The position numbers were made by a program, and so were the translations under genes. This document shows, in pieces, positions 39,401 to 53,831 of a stretch of 64,000 nt of DNA. Source of the stretch: Octopus vulgaris. Lineage: Eukaryota. A model generated the notes under the pieces. The model was given only the letters and a program-made list of their open reading frames with translations, ran no database searches and was not told the origin of the DNA. The DNA lies in NCBI GenBank assembly GCA_951406725.2, contig OX597838.1:45198001-45262000 (forward strand). The letters run 5' to 3'. Within the stretch, counting starts at the first letter, position 1, and every line of letters starts with the position of its first letter.

Positions 39401-40579
39401 TGTAAGCATGTATGAGAAGGAAATTTCTGATGTAATATCTGTCACTTTGTACCTAATGATGTAGACTGGTTCTGTTTTTAGGAATAAATACACGAATACA
39501 ATCGATATTTAGGGATTGGAGCTGTGTAAGTCCTTTCCACATTGTAAATAGATTCAGATACAGGCGCCACTTTATTTTTAACATCCCTATTATGTTGCAT
39601 ACTATGGCTGGCCATAATCAAAACATCGAAATGCTGAATGAAAAAACCTATGGTGGAACGAAGACATGAGACTGCATGGGTGGTAAATCTCTGAAAACCT
39701 ACTGCAATATGCACCTCTCATCTCCACATCTATGCAAAGGACTATGAGTTCCTAGCAAAACTGAAAAGCCACATCCATGCTGCTCAAATTAAAGAGAACA
39801 ATCAAAAAAAGAGAACAATAAAAAAAATGACAGCATAACATGAAATGGTGTTGCAGCCATCATGCAAGTATGCATCCATGTATGTATGCATGCATTTATG
39901 TATGTATGTTTGTATGTATGTATTATGCATGCATTCATCTATGCATGTATCTAAGTATATATAAACGTATCTATCTATGCATGAATATATGCATGTATGT
40001 ATGTATGTATGTATGTATGTATGTATGTATGTATGTATGTATGTATGTATGTATGTATGCTAGTATGCATGCATATATGAATCAACATATGCATGTACAA
40101 ATGTATGCATGTACAAATGTACGTAAGAAATCATGTTTATTCGGGATTCATTAACTATGCATGCCCGTATGTAGGTATGTATTTGTGTATTTTGTATGTA
40201 TAAGAAAACAACCGTATCCAACTCCCTTTTTCATTGAAAGCCAATCACAAAAGAAAGCTCATTGAAAAGTCCCACAGCATGGCCACAACCTTTGGGCTTA
40301 AACGCATAAAAGAATAATAGAATATGTATATATGAGTGAATGTCGGAATGAATGAATATTTCTATTTGCCACTGACACACATCGGTAAGTGAGATAAACA
40401 TCAGTGAGAAAAATGGAAGACCGGTTCTTTACCAAAAATATTCTTTGCGATATTCTCTCTGCTCTGAGTTACATGTACTCCCTTGCCAATTCCTTCCGTT
40501 AGAAATGCACTACACCAGTGATTGGCACAGTTCGAAACCTGTAATCATCAACGAAGTTGTTATTCAACTACGATGTAAT

Positions 40580-40610
<31 letters not shown>

Positions 40611-41252
40611 AGGAAAGGAAGAAAGAAATGCATCACAGCACGATGACAAAGAAGCAAAAAATCACTTCAACTACAACAAGCAAAACAATTATCATTAACA
40701 ACAGCAGCAAGAACAATAGGACAGGAAACCAAAGCAACACGAAACAAACAAAATGGCGGTATGTCACCGTTGTTGTGTGTTTAGTGTGTCATTGAGTGCA
40801 TGTCAACTTTCAGAGAAAAATCAATCAACATCTCCCTATGTTTTTCTCTTTCCGCATGTGTATTCGTCGCTGTGTGCATGCGTGCGAGTGAGTGCGTGCG
40901 CGTGTGCGTGTGCGACTATGCATATGTATGCATGTATGTATGTATGTATGTATGTATTATGTATGTATGTATGTGTGTATGTATGTATGTATGTATGTAT
41001 GTATGTGTGTATTTATGTATGTATGTATGTATGTATGTATGTATGCATGTCTATCTATGCATCTATCTATATATCTATCTCTCTTCTATATATATGTGTG
41101 TGCGTGTGTGTGTGTGTTTGTATGTACGTACGTATATAAATATAAATATATACACACACATGTATGTATACATATATGCTTATAAAGACACGCTCATATA
41201 CATATATATGCACACACACATAATAAACGCACGCATACGTATATAATACTCT

Positions 41253-41319
<67 letters not shown>

Positions 41320-41688
41320 TATATGCGTTCGTGTGTGTGTGTGTTGCTCCCTCTCCCCTTTGTCTTTCTTTGTCTCCCCAACTCTTCCTATTTTTCTGCC
41401 TTACTTAAACATAAAATATGCGTCATTCTATTTTTAATTTCTATTCCTTTTACAATTCCTGTTGCCATCTTCATCTCTCCCTCCCTCTCTCCCTCTCTCT
41501 CCCTCTCTCCCTCTCTTTCTCTTACTCTTTCGCTGTCTTTCAAAAGCGTACATTATCAACTTCATCTCTTTCTATTCCTTTACCCATCAAAGCTTGTCTT
41601 TCTTTCACTTACACTCTCACATTCTCTGCATATCTGCATCTACCTCTATATACATACCGAGCACTCATTTTCTATGTCTGTTTGTCTC

Positions 41689-41723
<35 letters not shown>

Positions 41724-42602
41724 CTCTCTCTCCCTCTTCACCTTTCTCATTTTTCTTTCGCTGTCTCACATTCTCTGTATATCAGTATCCATCTTTCTCA
41801 TCATACTTCTCTCTCACACCCTCTCTCTCTCCCTATTTCTCTCTCTCGCTCTCTCTTTCTCCTCCTCTCCATCTGGCCCCCCCCCCCCACACTCCCATTA
41901 ACTAACACATTGCTGATGCATTATCATCTCTGAATCTTTCTTTCTATGTTGTCTCTCTCTTTAAGAACACACTCTCACACGCGCGCACACACATCACTTT
42001 ATCCCTCCCTCCCCCTCTCACTCTTTTTCACACACACATACTCTCACTCACTCTCACTTTCTTCCTCTCTTCTTTATCAACTCTGTGACCAACTTCAAGG
42101 ACATGGAAATACATACGAACATACATACATACGTAGCAGCTCTCACAAAACGAGCTCGAAAGAATAGCGAAACCACTCAAAACCACACGCTTTGCTGTCT
42201 TAATCAATCATCATATCCACAGACGAGGGGGATACTACGATTTGGACATACGTATTATGTAATGTAAATCAATTACAGATTAGCACTAGCAGCCATTTAT
42301 TCAGAGCCTATCGGAGAAATACACCATGCGTTTGTATATATATGTAAGAGCGAATGTTTCTGCGTGTGAATGTATGTACGTACGTCCGTACGTATTTCTG
42401 TATGTATGTTTATATTCAGTTTTATTTCACAATTTCAGGCCAATAGAGAAAGAGTCGGTTTAGATGCAAGGCTCCTTCATCGAAACTTAAACATCAACGA
42501 GGTATTTGAGCAACGTTTGTATGTTATGTGCAGTATTTGTATGTTCTTTTTATGGATGTATTCGCTTGCCTACATATAGTTGCATGTCTATACATGCGCA
42601 TA

Positions 42603-42880
42603 TAAAACTTAGATATGTTTCGACCAAAGATTGGTCCAGGCCATGTCTAACTTAATAGCAGCACCTGTTAGGATTATCTAAATCCTGTTTAAATCAAGTT
42701 TTGTTTATGGTCCATTCAAGTAGTGAGTTCTTGTTGAGTGAGTTGTATCCAGGTATGGGTGGCTTATCTGGTATTCCTTGAAGAAATCTATCCAGACTCC
42801 GTTTAAGGGTGATGGGATCCTTTTCCTATTTGATCTCTTTCGGGACAATGTTTAAAAGCCTGTTGAGGAAAAGAAATTTA
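42603..42880 (-). mobile_element. 3' end of the CR1-group LINE family seen at 11160-12530
   Basis: Reverse complement matches about 12275-12520. Confidence 0.85.
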
Positions 42881-43145
42881 TTGGTGGCTTGAATCTGTAT
42901 TTCTCAAATTTGCTTCTTCCTTTCTGGTTTTGAGAAGCCTAATTTCTTAAGATTGATGCTTGAGCAATGTGTTACTACTTGGTAGCAAGGTTATGAAGGA
43001 AAGTATCTTCTTTTAACTCTTTCCTTTAAAAGGTCATTCAGATTTTGATAGTCCCAAATATTGTGATCATTTGTAGTATATGAATCAAAGATATGCCCTC
43101 TCCTCACCCAACCCCAATATGTATGTATTCTTTCATTCTTCCATT

Positions 43146-44161
43146 CTTTTATTCTTTTACTTGTTCCACTCATTTAACTGCAGTCGTGCTGGAGCACCGC
43201 CTTGAAGGGTTTTGGACGGACAAATCGACCCCAAGACTTATTTTAAAAATTTTAATACTTATTCTTTGCCAGGTCCCTCTTTAGGGCTACTGGTAACATG
43301 TAACCCAGTAGAACCTGTCACATGGTCAGATCGTCGGTGACTAAACTGACAATTCCATCAATTTTGCTTGGTGAGGAGGATAATTGTTGGACACCCAGCG
43401 GGATGAAAAATACGACCTCTCAAAGGGCGGAAAAACTACTGTATAGTCAACGATCAATGCAACAAGTACCTTGTTGTGATGAAGTGTCAGTGTGCTCCAT
43501 TGACCCGGAGAGCTATGCTGGAAGGAGAGAAATCCTCAGGTAGGTCTTACCAGGCCGGACAGGTTGAAGGGTAGGAGACAGACAAAACTTTAACCATTAG
43601 AGGAGTAAACCTCAACGAAAATAAATCGAAGCGTCGGCAGCAGGGCGTGAATTTAGTTACAGTAGGACCTTAACAGATCAGATTCCTGGCTTTGAACCAG
43701 CAGGATGTCGTACAGAGGATCCTGAATGCAAGACAATGGATGAGACCCTAATATTCCTAGTTAGATGGAAACTACGGGACCACATTGAGCAGCACCCTGT
43801 GACTCCTATAGTATGCGCAACCGAGACCCTTTGGGGTATCCCGAGGGGCGACCTAGATAGTACTTATATTATTGGTCTCTCTTCACGAACTGCTAAATTA
43901 AGGGGACGTAAACAAACCAACATCAGTTGTGATGGGGGACAAACACAGACACAAAGAAACACACACATAGATATATACATACATAAGTGTATGTATGTGT
44001 ATATAAATACGACAGGCTCCTCACAGTTTCCAACTACCAAATCCACTCACAACGTTTTGGTCTGCCCAAGGCAGAAGATATTGACCCGATGTGCCACGCA
44101 GTGGGACTGAATCTGGAACCATGTTATTGGGAAGCAAGCCTCTTACCACACAGCCACGCCT
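43146..44161 (-). mobile_element. SINE family B interrupted by a roughly 590-bp insert (43271-43857)
   Basis: The tail (43146-43270) and the remainder (43858-44161) are collinear with 18309-18712. Confidence 0.7.
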
Positions 44162-44271
44162 GTATATATATATATGTGTGTGTGCATACACGTATGTAAG
44201 GTAGGTATGTAGGTAGGTAGGTAGGTAGGTAGGTAGGTAGGTAGGTAGGTAGGTAAGTAGGTAGGTAGGTA

Positions 44272-44496
44272 GGTGGCGGTGAGCTAGCAGAATCGCTAGC
44301 ACGCCGGGCGAAATGTTTAGCGGTATTTCGTCTGCCGTTACGTTCTGAGTTCAAATTCCGCCGAGGTCGTCTTTGCCTTTCATCCTTTCGGGGTCGATAA
44401 ATTAAGTACCAGTTCGCACTGGGGTCGATGTAATCGATTTAATCCGTTTGTCTGTTCCCTCTATGTTTAGCCCCTTGAGGGTAATAAAGAAACAGG
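44272..44496 (+). mobile_element. SINE family A, full length, within (GTAG)n
   Basis: High similarity to 9404-9634. Confidence 0.85.
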
Positions 44497-44981
44497 TAGG
44501 TAGGTAGGTATGTACATATATACCAATAGTGATAGTTTGATACATGTTGAGAATCTATACGTCACACTTGCTGGTGCGTGACAGCTGATTTGTACTACAT
44601 TACGACATTATACATTGAGCGTAATGATTAAAACGTTAAAGAATTTACGCTTTCCTTTGTTTCACACCTTTGATTTATATCTAAGCTTTCCCTACTTTCA
44701 CTTTCTTATCTCAATTTTGCACTCTTGCTTTAAAGACAGGTGCAAACTTTTATTTCAATGGCAAATATTCCTTCCCGCTTTTCGTTGCCCCTGCCCCAGC
44801 CCCGACAAACACTTTAAAACAGAAATATATTTCTTGTTGCTGACTCCATCATTCCTCTGTCACCTTTTTATCACCCGAAGTGTCATGCTATCTAGCAACT
44901 TTCTCACTACCAGTCAAACTGCTCTACATATCGGTTCCAGTTATGGCATATAGGGATATATATATATATATATATATATAA

Positions 44982-45022
<41 letters not shown>

Positions 45023-45384
45023 TAGATATACAAGCATACGTATATATATATATATATATACATATATATACTCATTTTTATACGTATTTATACATATATA
45101 TAGTGTATATATATATATATGTGTATATATATATGTGTGTGTGTGTGTGTACATACATACATACTTATGCATGTATCATTATGTTTTATCGGTTTTGTTT
45201 TGGTTTTTCCCCAAAATATATTCATGCTATAATCTCTCTCTCTGCCACTCTGGCTGCTTCCTAAATGTTATATCGTCTCCACTTATCTTTCTCTATCGAT
45301 TTGCACATCTTCATTCAGTTTCGCGTACCTTATATCTGTTAGGTTTCTTTTCATAACCATTGTTGTTGTTGTTGATGATGATGC

Positions 45385-45434
<50 letters not shown>

Positions 45435-46165
45435 TTGAACTCATTCCGAATGTTACGCTTCTTTCTGGGGTTTTTTTCTCCGCCTCTTCTCTTTCATTGA
45501 AAGACTTCATTCTGTTGCACCCTGTAGCAATGTTTGCGAAACTTACATCATATATTTCCATCGTTCTTCTTCTTCTTCTTTTTCTTTTTCCTTTTCTTCT
45601 TCTTCCTTTTCTTTTTCTTCTTCTTTTTTCCTCTTCTTCTTCTTCTTCTTCTTCTTCTTAATCTTCTTCTTCTTCTTTTCTTTCTTTTCCTTGCTTTCTT
45701 CATTATTTCTTGCACCTTAGTTTTTATTCTGATGTATTTATCGCTATTTAATTAACAATTTAACCTACAAACTCAGCCAGAATACCAAATATCTCAATCA
45801 GTATCCGAAGTGTAATGCACTTTCGCACTGTTATTTCCTTTTCCTTCTTCCTTTCTTACTTTGCAATCCTTCCAACGTTAAGTTGGCCCACAACATCATG
45901 TGAATCTCGTTAAATATCATGATTTATTCTTATCATTGTTGTTGCTATGGTTCAGGACCTGTGCCAGAATTTCAAACCATTATTTTTGTTTGTTTTTCGG
46001 TTTTCCTTTAGGTTTTCTTTTTTTCTTTTATTACTAATGAGGCTTTACTTCCGTTATAAACTAACGAAAGCAAACTCAGTAGAATTTACTCCTTCCATTT
46101 ATTCAAGTTGCTCAGTTATAAGAAATTCTACCGTACTTTTATGTTTCAGCAATATTCAAAGATTC

Positions 46166-46166
46166 T

Positions 46167-46197
<31 letters not shown>

Positions 46198-46988
46198 CAT
46201 ACATACATATATACATACATACATACATACATACATGCATGCATACATATATACATGCATACATATATACATACATACATACATACATGCATACATATAT
46301 ACATACATACATATATACATACATACATACATGCATACATATATACATACATACATACATATATACATACATACATACATACATATATGCATACATGCAT
46401 ACATACATGCACACATACATACATACATACATACATAATACATACATGCATGCATATATACATATATATATACATATATACATATATACATATATACATA
46501 TATACATACATACATGCATGCATACATATATACATACATACATATATACGTACATACATACATACATGCATACATACATACATACATACATGCATGCATA
46601 CATATATACATACATATATGCATACATACATACATACATACACACATACATAATACATACATGTATGCATATATACATACATACATACATACATGCATAC
46701 ATTTATACATACATACATACACACATACATACATACATACATACATAATACATACATGCATACATATATACATACATACATATATACATACATACATACA
46801 TATATACATACATACATACATGCATGGATACAAATATACATACATACATACATGCATGCATACATATATACATACATATATGCATACATACATACATGCA
46901 TACATATATACATACATGCATACATATATGCATACATGCATACATACATACATACATACATGCATACATACATACATACATACATACA

Positions 46989-47017
<29 letters not shown>
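46166..47017. repeat. About 850-bp degenerate (ATAC)n microsatellite
   Basis: Direct reading. Confidence 0.95.
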
Positions 47018-47020
<3 letters not shown>

Positions 47021-47419
47021 AAAATACCCTGCTGATGCTGAAATTCCAATGAAGGAGCCTTAGATCTAGATTGGAAACCGGTTCTTTCTCCACTGGCAAA
47101 AAATCTTGAAATAAAACTGAATAATGAAATACATACATAACATATATACACATACATACACGCACATACATAAACATATGTGAGTATATATATAAGCGTA
47201 CTTACTATATAGATACACACACACACACACACACATACACGAAGAGGTACCCAAATATAAAAGGAAACATTCTCTGTGGAACATGCCCGTTGTAGTTCAG
47301 GCTTCCGCTGCAAGAAGCCCCTTGATGAAACCCTTGGGCATCAGCCTGCCGCCCGGCGTCGTTCACTGCTGTGCGTCTTGGTTTTGCAGTGCTTCTCCCC
47401 TGTTCGTCGATTTTTGCGA

Positions 47420-48000
47420 TGGCTTTAACGAAGAAACAGCGTGCTTCCGTGAAATTCTGTTTTTTGCTGGAGAAAACGGCGGCCAAAACAGCTATCATAC
47501 TTAAAATTGCTTACAAGAACGCTGCCATGAGGAAAACACAAGACCATGAGGAATGATCACTTGTGGCTTGAAAACCAGCCTCGTTCAGATGGACTGTTGC
47601 TCCCTCCACCCTATTAAATGAAAACCTCCACGAAAATTCATGGACTGATCTTGGAGGACCGTCGCCGAACAATTGATGAACTTGATGATCGGTGTATCCT
47701 GGAGCTCCTGCCAACAAATTTTCAGCGAGGAATTCCGAACGAATTTATTTGCTCATGGAAGATAAAAAGAAGTCACGACTGAATGCGTATTGTGAACTAA
47801 AAGAACAGTTTGAAGTTGATCTTGCGCCTTGGCTCAAAGGAAAACGTTTTGAAGATGTGGAAATATTGAAGAGAAGAAAATGCATCGAATAGTGGAAAAT
47901 GCATCTGGACACATGCATCCCTTGAAATGGTTAATACTTTGAAGGCGAGAAAAGTGTAAACGTGTAAAACTAACTGAATGAAATAATATTGCAAAATTCA
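47420..48000 (+). mobile_element. Degraded mariner transposase relic
   Basis: KQRASVKFCFLLEKTAAKT..ILKIAYKNAAMRKTQ, LILEDRRRTIDEL and LKGKRFEDVE. Confidence 0.8.
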
Positions 48001-48642
48001 TGGAATCTTTTCGGTTTGGCTGCGACAGCATTTCAAAAATTAAAGTTTACTGAAAGTTTTAAAATTTGGCACAATAATCCACTTGGCCAAACTGAATTGC
48101 TGGAGTTATTTCATAAAGCATTTAATATGAATAGGGGTGAGGGTGTTTATAGTTGTTGAGAAGTCGTTGCTAGAAAATAAAAGACAAAAATGACAAAGAA
48201 TCTAGTGTAAATGGAGTGGCATTAGATTGAGCGGCTTTAGCGTGCGTGAGCGTTTGATGGCTGGCTAGGGGCAGTCAAACACAACACCATGTTCAGATTC
48301 CAGTCTTCAGGCTTTGTGACTGCCTACACTTGCTCTTACACAGAAACTGACACTCACACACATACATATGTAAACGTGTACTCACACGCTTGTATACATT
48401 CACGCACACATGCACCCACCAACCCGTACACACACATATACACATACATACATACATATCGACAGACATCGGCCATCCTGTCAATAGGCACACACATTCA
48501 CTCCGGTACACACGGACATACGCTCGCCCATATACACATTGGGGCCACCCTGCTCGTGTACACATACGCATATATCTATATTTACACGCACACCCCCTTC
48601 ACACACCTGGCTACACACATGCACGTCGCGAGCACACGTTAT

Positions 48643-48845
48643 AGTAACGAAGCTAAAGCATGTAGAGTGAAGCCGCTTGGTACAGATTGACTTTGAACTT
48701 TGCTGTGCATACGCAGTAACGTGCCAAACGCGTGATCCACGCATTGGCCATAACAGTGAATGTTGAGCTTAAAATCTGCATTAAATTTTGCCAAAGGCTC
48801 GACGATACCTGCAAAGAGGCCGACGCAAGTTTTTCAAAAAGTTTT
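48643..48845 (+). mobile_element. Mariner 5' fragment
   Basis: Homologous to the reverse complement of 49690-49920. Encodes ELKICIKFCQRL.DT. Confidence 0.65.
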
Positions 48846-48851
48846 CATCGC

Positions 48852-49064
48852 AGGTGTGACTCTGTGGTAAGTAGCTTGCTTACGAACCACATGGTTCCGG
48901 GTTCTGTCCCACTGCGTGGCACCTTGGGCATGTATCTTCTACTATAGCCTCGGGCCGACCAAAGCCTTATGAGTGGATTTGGTAGACTGAAACTGAAGCC
49001 AGTCGTACATATATATATATATATTTGTGTGTGTCTGTGCGTGTGTGTGAGTGTGTATGTGTGA

Positions 49065-49121
<57 letters not shown>

Positions 49122-49333
49122 TGTGTGTGTGTGTCTGTGTTTGTTCGCCCAACATCGCTTGAAAATCGATGCTGGTGTGTTTACGTGCCCGTCACTTAGC
49201 GGTTCGGCAAGAGAGACCGATAGGATAAGTACTAGGCTTACAAAGTATAAGTCCTGGGGTCGATTTGCTCGACTAAAAGCGGTGCTCCAGCATCGTCGCA
49301 GTCAAATGACTGAAACAAATAAGAGAATAAAAG
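48852..49333 (+). mobile_element. SINE family B, full length
   Basis: Head, CORE-like segment, (TG)n and tail. Confidence 0.87.
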
Positions 49334-49339
49334 AAAGAA

Positions 49340-49951
49340 AGTCGTTCCCGACAAAATCAAGTAGATTTGGTACAACTGAAACCCGAATGTTTTTTGTTAT
49401 TTTTTTCGGTCAGCTGAAAGCAGTTTTGGCTCAAATTTGGCAGAGAAGCGTCTCATACCGAAATCTTCAGTAATAATGAACGGAACCGTAACTAATCTTC
49501 ACATCCTCAGATAACTCACCGATGGTGATTCCACGATTTCCTCTCGCGGTTGCGCGCATATCTGCGATGTTTTTCCCATTTCTGATGGTTGCCGGTCTTC
49601 CAGAACATTCATCATATCGACATTTTTCGGCCATCTTGGAAACGTTTAAACCACTCGTAAACTTGTGTGCAGCTCACACACTCCTCTCTATACACTTTTT
49701 GCAACTTTGCGTTGGCCTCTGAGCATGTATTGCCATGATAGATAACTTTCTCTGTCATGGTCAATGCAACCATCACGCGCTACACACCTTCCTTCCAAGC
49801 ATTGCTGTTAAAAGCGGAAGTGAGCTAGAACCGTAAAACGTAGTGCGCCTGCACAACAATGTTTAAGGTCATCTGTGCCAAGCCGTTTTACTCTGTGTGC
49901 TTTACGTTCGTTACTATGGCAACAGTCCGGATACTTATTGATCAGACCTCG
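49340..49951 (-). mobile_element. Mariner 5' half with terminal inverted repeat end
   Basis: Minus strand TA|CGAGGTCTGATCAATAAGTATCCGGACTG, with TQVYEWFKRFQDGR remnants. Confidence 0.8.
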
Positions 49952-50002
49952 TATGTACGTACATACACCCACATATGCTAGTACACACACACACACACAC
50001 AC

Positions 50003-50079
<77 letters not shown>

Positions 50080-50921
50080 TATATAAACGTACGTACAAAT
50101 GCATCTACCCTGCATGTACATGTACACACCTATGCACAAACATATAAGCGTGTTCCTTAATATATACAAGGACAGATCTATAAAAGATACATGAGTACAT
50201 ACTTACATACCTTTATATGTAAATGCATGTGTTTTTTTTCTTTTTTTAGATATACGTAAATATACAGGATGACCTACAAAATTGAATACATGGAATATCA
50301 CTTATATTATCATCTGTTTCTTCTGCTTTACTTATTTTCGCCTATATATCCAAACTTTATGGTCACCTTTATACATTTGTGTGCATACACATATGCACAT
50401 ACAGACACACACACACACACACACATACACACACACACACACACTTTAGAGTGCTTTTGTATTGTAGTCAGGGCCTCTTACCTGTTTTTAAAAGTTTCTT
50501 TTAGAATATCTTTCATATTCATTTGCTGTTGTGACTCCTTGATTGTGTCAGTGAAGGAGGAGCAGTTTCACAATTGCGCCAATAACAAAGACGCCGGTGA
50601 GAACTTTGCCTATGTAACTGGAAATATCTGTGAATGTGATCAGAAAATTTTAAAGTATTTTTACATTGTGTGTGATAGCATTAAGAAAATATACAGAGAT
50701 AACGCAAATGTTAACATTCACTCCGTGACTGGAATAAAATTCGGATTTTACCATAGGAATCGAAAACTGCAAATCAATCGATGGTTCCGTAAGGAAGGTG
50801 ATAAACTCTCGTATTTGCATCTAAATCCAATCGTATTAAAACTTACTTTTGGAAACTTTCTTTAAACTTCGTTATTGTTCATGCGTCAGCGCCTACAAAG
50901 TTCGCAATAAAACTTTGCATC

Positions 50922-51085
50922 AAGGCGGCCAGCTGACAGAATCATTGGCACACCGTGCAAAATGCGAAGCGGATTTTTCTGGTCTTCATGTTCTGATTTC
51001 AAATTCCTCCGAGTTGAGCGCTGGAGTCGATGTAATCGATTTGGCCTCTCGCTCGAAATTTCCGGCTTTGTGACAAAATTTAAAA
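50922..51085 (+). mobile_element. SINE family A, diverged and internally deleted
   Basis: AAGGCGGCCAGCTGACAGAATC head and GTCGATGTAATCGA. Confidence 0.65.
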
Positions 51086-51612
51086 TCAAAATAACTTTGC
51101 ATTATGTATTCTCTTGTGTGTTTCAAGGCTGTGGTCATGCTGGGGCATCATCCGATGTCCCAGCATGTTGTATACCGTTACTACTAACATCTCGAAGTCT
51201 GCAGGACTCACTGAATGGCAGGTTTAACAAAAAATTGCATTTTTTGTTGTTTTTTTTTAACAGTGAGTCCTTCCTGGTGATGAGTCATGTCTTATGCAGC
51301 CTTCTTCTTGAAAAAGGTTGCCCTTGCTTGATTTACGTGTTCGATATATGAGTCACAGGTATCTAACTCAGCGTTAAATAGGCATTGAAAGTAATCTGAC
51401 AGATCTGCTTTGTTCGTCATAAACAGAAAAGTCTACGGTTCAACCGTAGAATGGATTTTGCTTTACATTATATATTTTTTCATCTTTTAAAGCATTTCCC
51501 ATGATCCTTCATAAGTATGGAAAAGATATATGCTTAGTGGGTGCAAACCCAGGTCGAAGATTAATTAGAAACAAGGTTAATTTTTCAATCATAATTTAAA
51601 AACAAATACAGG

Positions 51613-51614
<2 letters not shown>

Positions 51615-51678
<64 letters not shown>

Positions 51679-51681
51679 TAA

Positions 51682-51730
<49 letters not shown>

Positions 51731-51756
51731 AATATTATTATTATTATTATTATTAT
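51615..51756. repeat. (AAT)n abutting (ATT)n, an inverted microsatellite
   Basis: Direct reading. Confidence 0.9.
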
Positions 51757-53800
51757 ATTTGAATATCAATTAAATTGGATAAATCCAATAATGAAAAAGT
51801 AAGGTTTCAAATCAGTCCAAAAATGTTTTTTACTCTCGTTCGTTTTGGCGATGACGTTTTCCAGGATGTTTAAAGCGTTTTCATTACCCTCCAAAAATTT
51901 AAAGGGTTGCGCTTAACCGCATTTTGTTCACCTGTACATTCTGTCGACTTTGCCTTTCATTCTTTCGCGGTCGATGAAATAAGTACCAGTTGAGCACTAG
52001 GGTCGTTATAATAGTCTACACCTTGGCCCATAAAATTTCAGGCCTTGTGACTGATGTTACAGAGGATCAAGGGCTGAAAGCTTCGGACATTGACACTTGA
52101 TGAGGGCCAACGCACGAAACTCTTGGCCCTACCGTCACTCTGTAATTTCTGCCGAAATGTCTGTGTGTGTGCATTTTTGGGTGTGTGTATATATGAGTGG
52201 TGTGTGTGCGAGTGTGTGTACGTGTGAAGCTACAGTCTATGTCGAGTGTTTGTGAATGAGCGTGTGTATATACATATATGTTGTGTTACTTGAATTGCAC
52301 GTACAGAGCGTATTAAGGAGGCCACCGCTTTGCCAACCGATGTTGATTCTTTTATGTTCCAAGAACCTAGCGGTTTGGCAAGAGAGACAGAAAGGCATAA
52401 ATACAAGACATTTGAAAACTAAGCGTAAGAACGGTAGGATTGAATTGTTCGACTAAAACCTTTCATCACAATATTCCATCAAATCTATCATAACGAACTC
52501 TCCTGAAGCAAATGCCATCTCGGGAAACTGCACGAGCTACAGGATACCTGAAGCTGGTCCTACGGACAACTTACCAGCGTGTGAATGTTTCGCATCTTTT
52601 CAAAGATGACAATTTCTCAGTGAGAAGATACAAAGCATAGTATATCTCATTATGTACTATACCTGGATCTATGGTTACGACTGACATGTACTTGAGTATA
52701 TGATTTCCAGGGCTGAAGAGCAATAGGAATTTTGAGAAGAAGTCAACAGGGTCATGCAAGGCTTCACAATTGTGTGTTTGTTGACATGCGGTGGCGATCC
52801 AAGAGAGGCGACAGGAAACCAACGCTGTACGCACTTCCGCAGCTCGGTACATCGGCGTGAAATCTTCAGCTATGGTAATATATTGCCGAGGAAGTACAAG
52901 CAGCAGCAGCAGCAGCAGCACCAGCAGAAGAAGAAGAAGAAGAAGAAGAAGACGAGTACGACGACGACGACGATGATGGTGGTGATGATGATGATGGTAG
53001 TGATAGCCGTGGTGGTTGTAGTGGGTAAGATGAAGAAGTGGGAGGAAGAGAAAAGAAGAGCGGGATGTGGTGGAATAAGTGCAAGAGGATGAGGGTGAGG
53101 AGAAGACGAAGAAGGCAAAGAACAACAACAAAAGCAACGGCATCAGCAACGACAACACCAGCTACTACTGCGGCAACAATAACAACAGCAAGAAAACAAT
53201 GAAAACAAAAACAACAGCAAAAGCAACCATGAAAACAAAATTAATAACTGCAACGGCAACAACAACAGAAGCAACCACAACTACTACTACTACTACTACT
53301 CCCACTATTACTACTACTAATACTACTACTAATACTATTACTACTACTCCTACTATTACTACTACTCCTACTATTACTACTACTACTACTATTACTACTA
53401 CTTCCACTATTACTACTACTAATACTACTACTACAGCCTCAACAACAGGAACTGAAGAGTAAAAGGCGGGAAGGATTGATTAAATGAAGTCATGTCTTGC
53501 CCTTACCTTCGAAACACGGAGTAGTCGAAGCAGGGGCAGCTGAAGAAGGGGAATATTCCTTATATCTCTTGTACTCTGTTTTTTCGTTGTTATAAAAAGG
53601 TCGTTTCCATATCTTTGTTTTTATGCTTTCGTTTATCGTTGTGTTCTACGTTTTTTTTTGGGGGGTGTCTTGTACCCTTATATGCTTGTATATATACATG
53701 TAGATGTAGGTATGTACATATATGTATGTATGTATGCATATGTTTTATTTATTAATTTGCTATTATATATATATGCATATGTATGCATGCATTTGTATAC

Positions 53801-53831
<31 letters not shown>

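Noticed and set aside
45518-45540. ACCCTGTAG resembling a miR-10 family 5' end
   Set aside because: The match stops after 9 nt and there is no complementary arm.
46108-47313. Many overlapping MYVC/HTYI ORFs here and throughout the window
   Set aside because: They are microsatellite translations.
49298-49325. SINE B tail stem plus GAAAC as a hammerhead
   Set aside because: There is no CUGANGA-like core upstream. It is better explained as a LINE-type 3' stem-loop.
52460-52890. Possible host exon (minus-strand GTAAGT donor near 52570)
   Set aside because: There is no recognisable protein, and the plus strand looks more like a heavily decayed LINE remnant. Neither reading is supportable.
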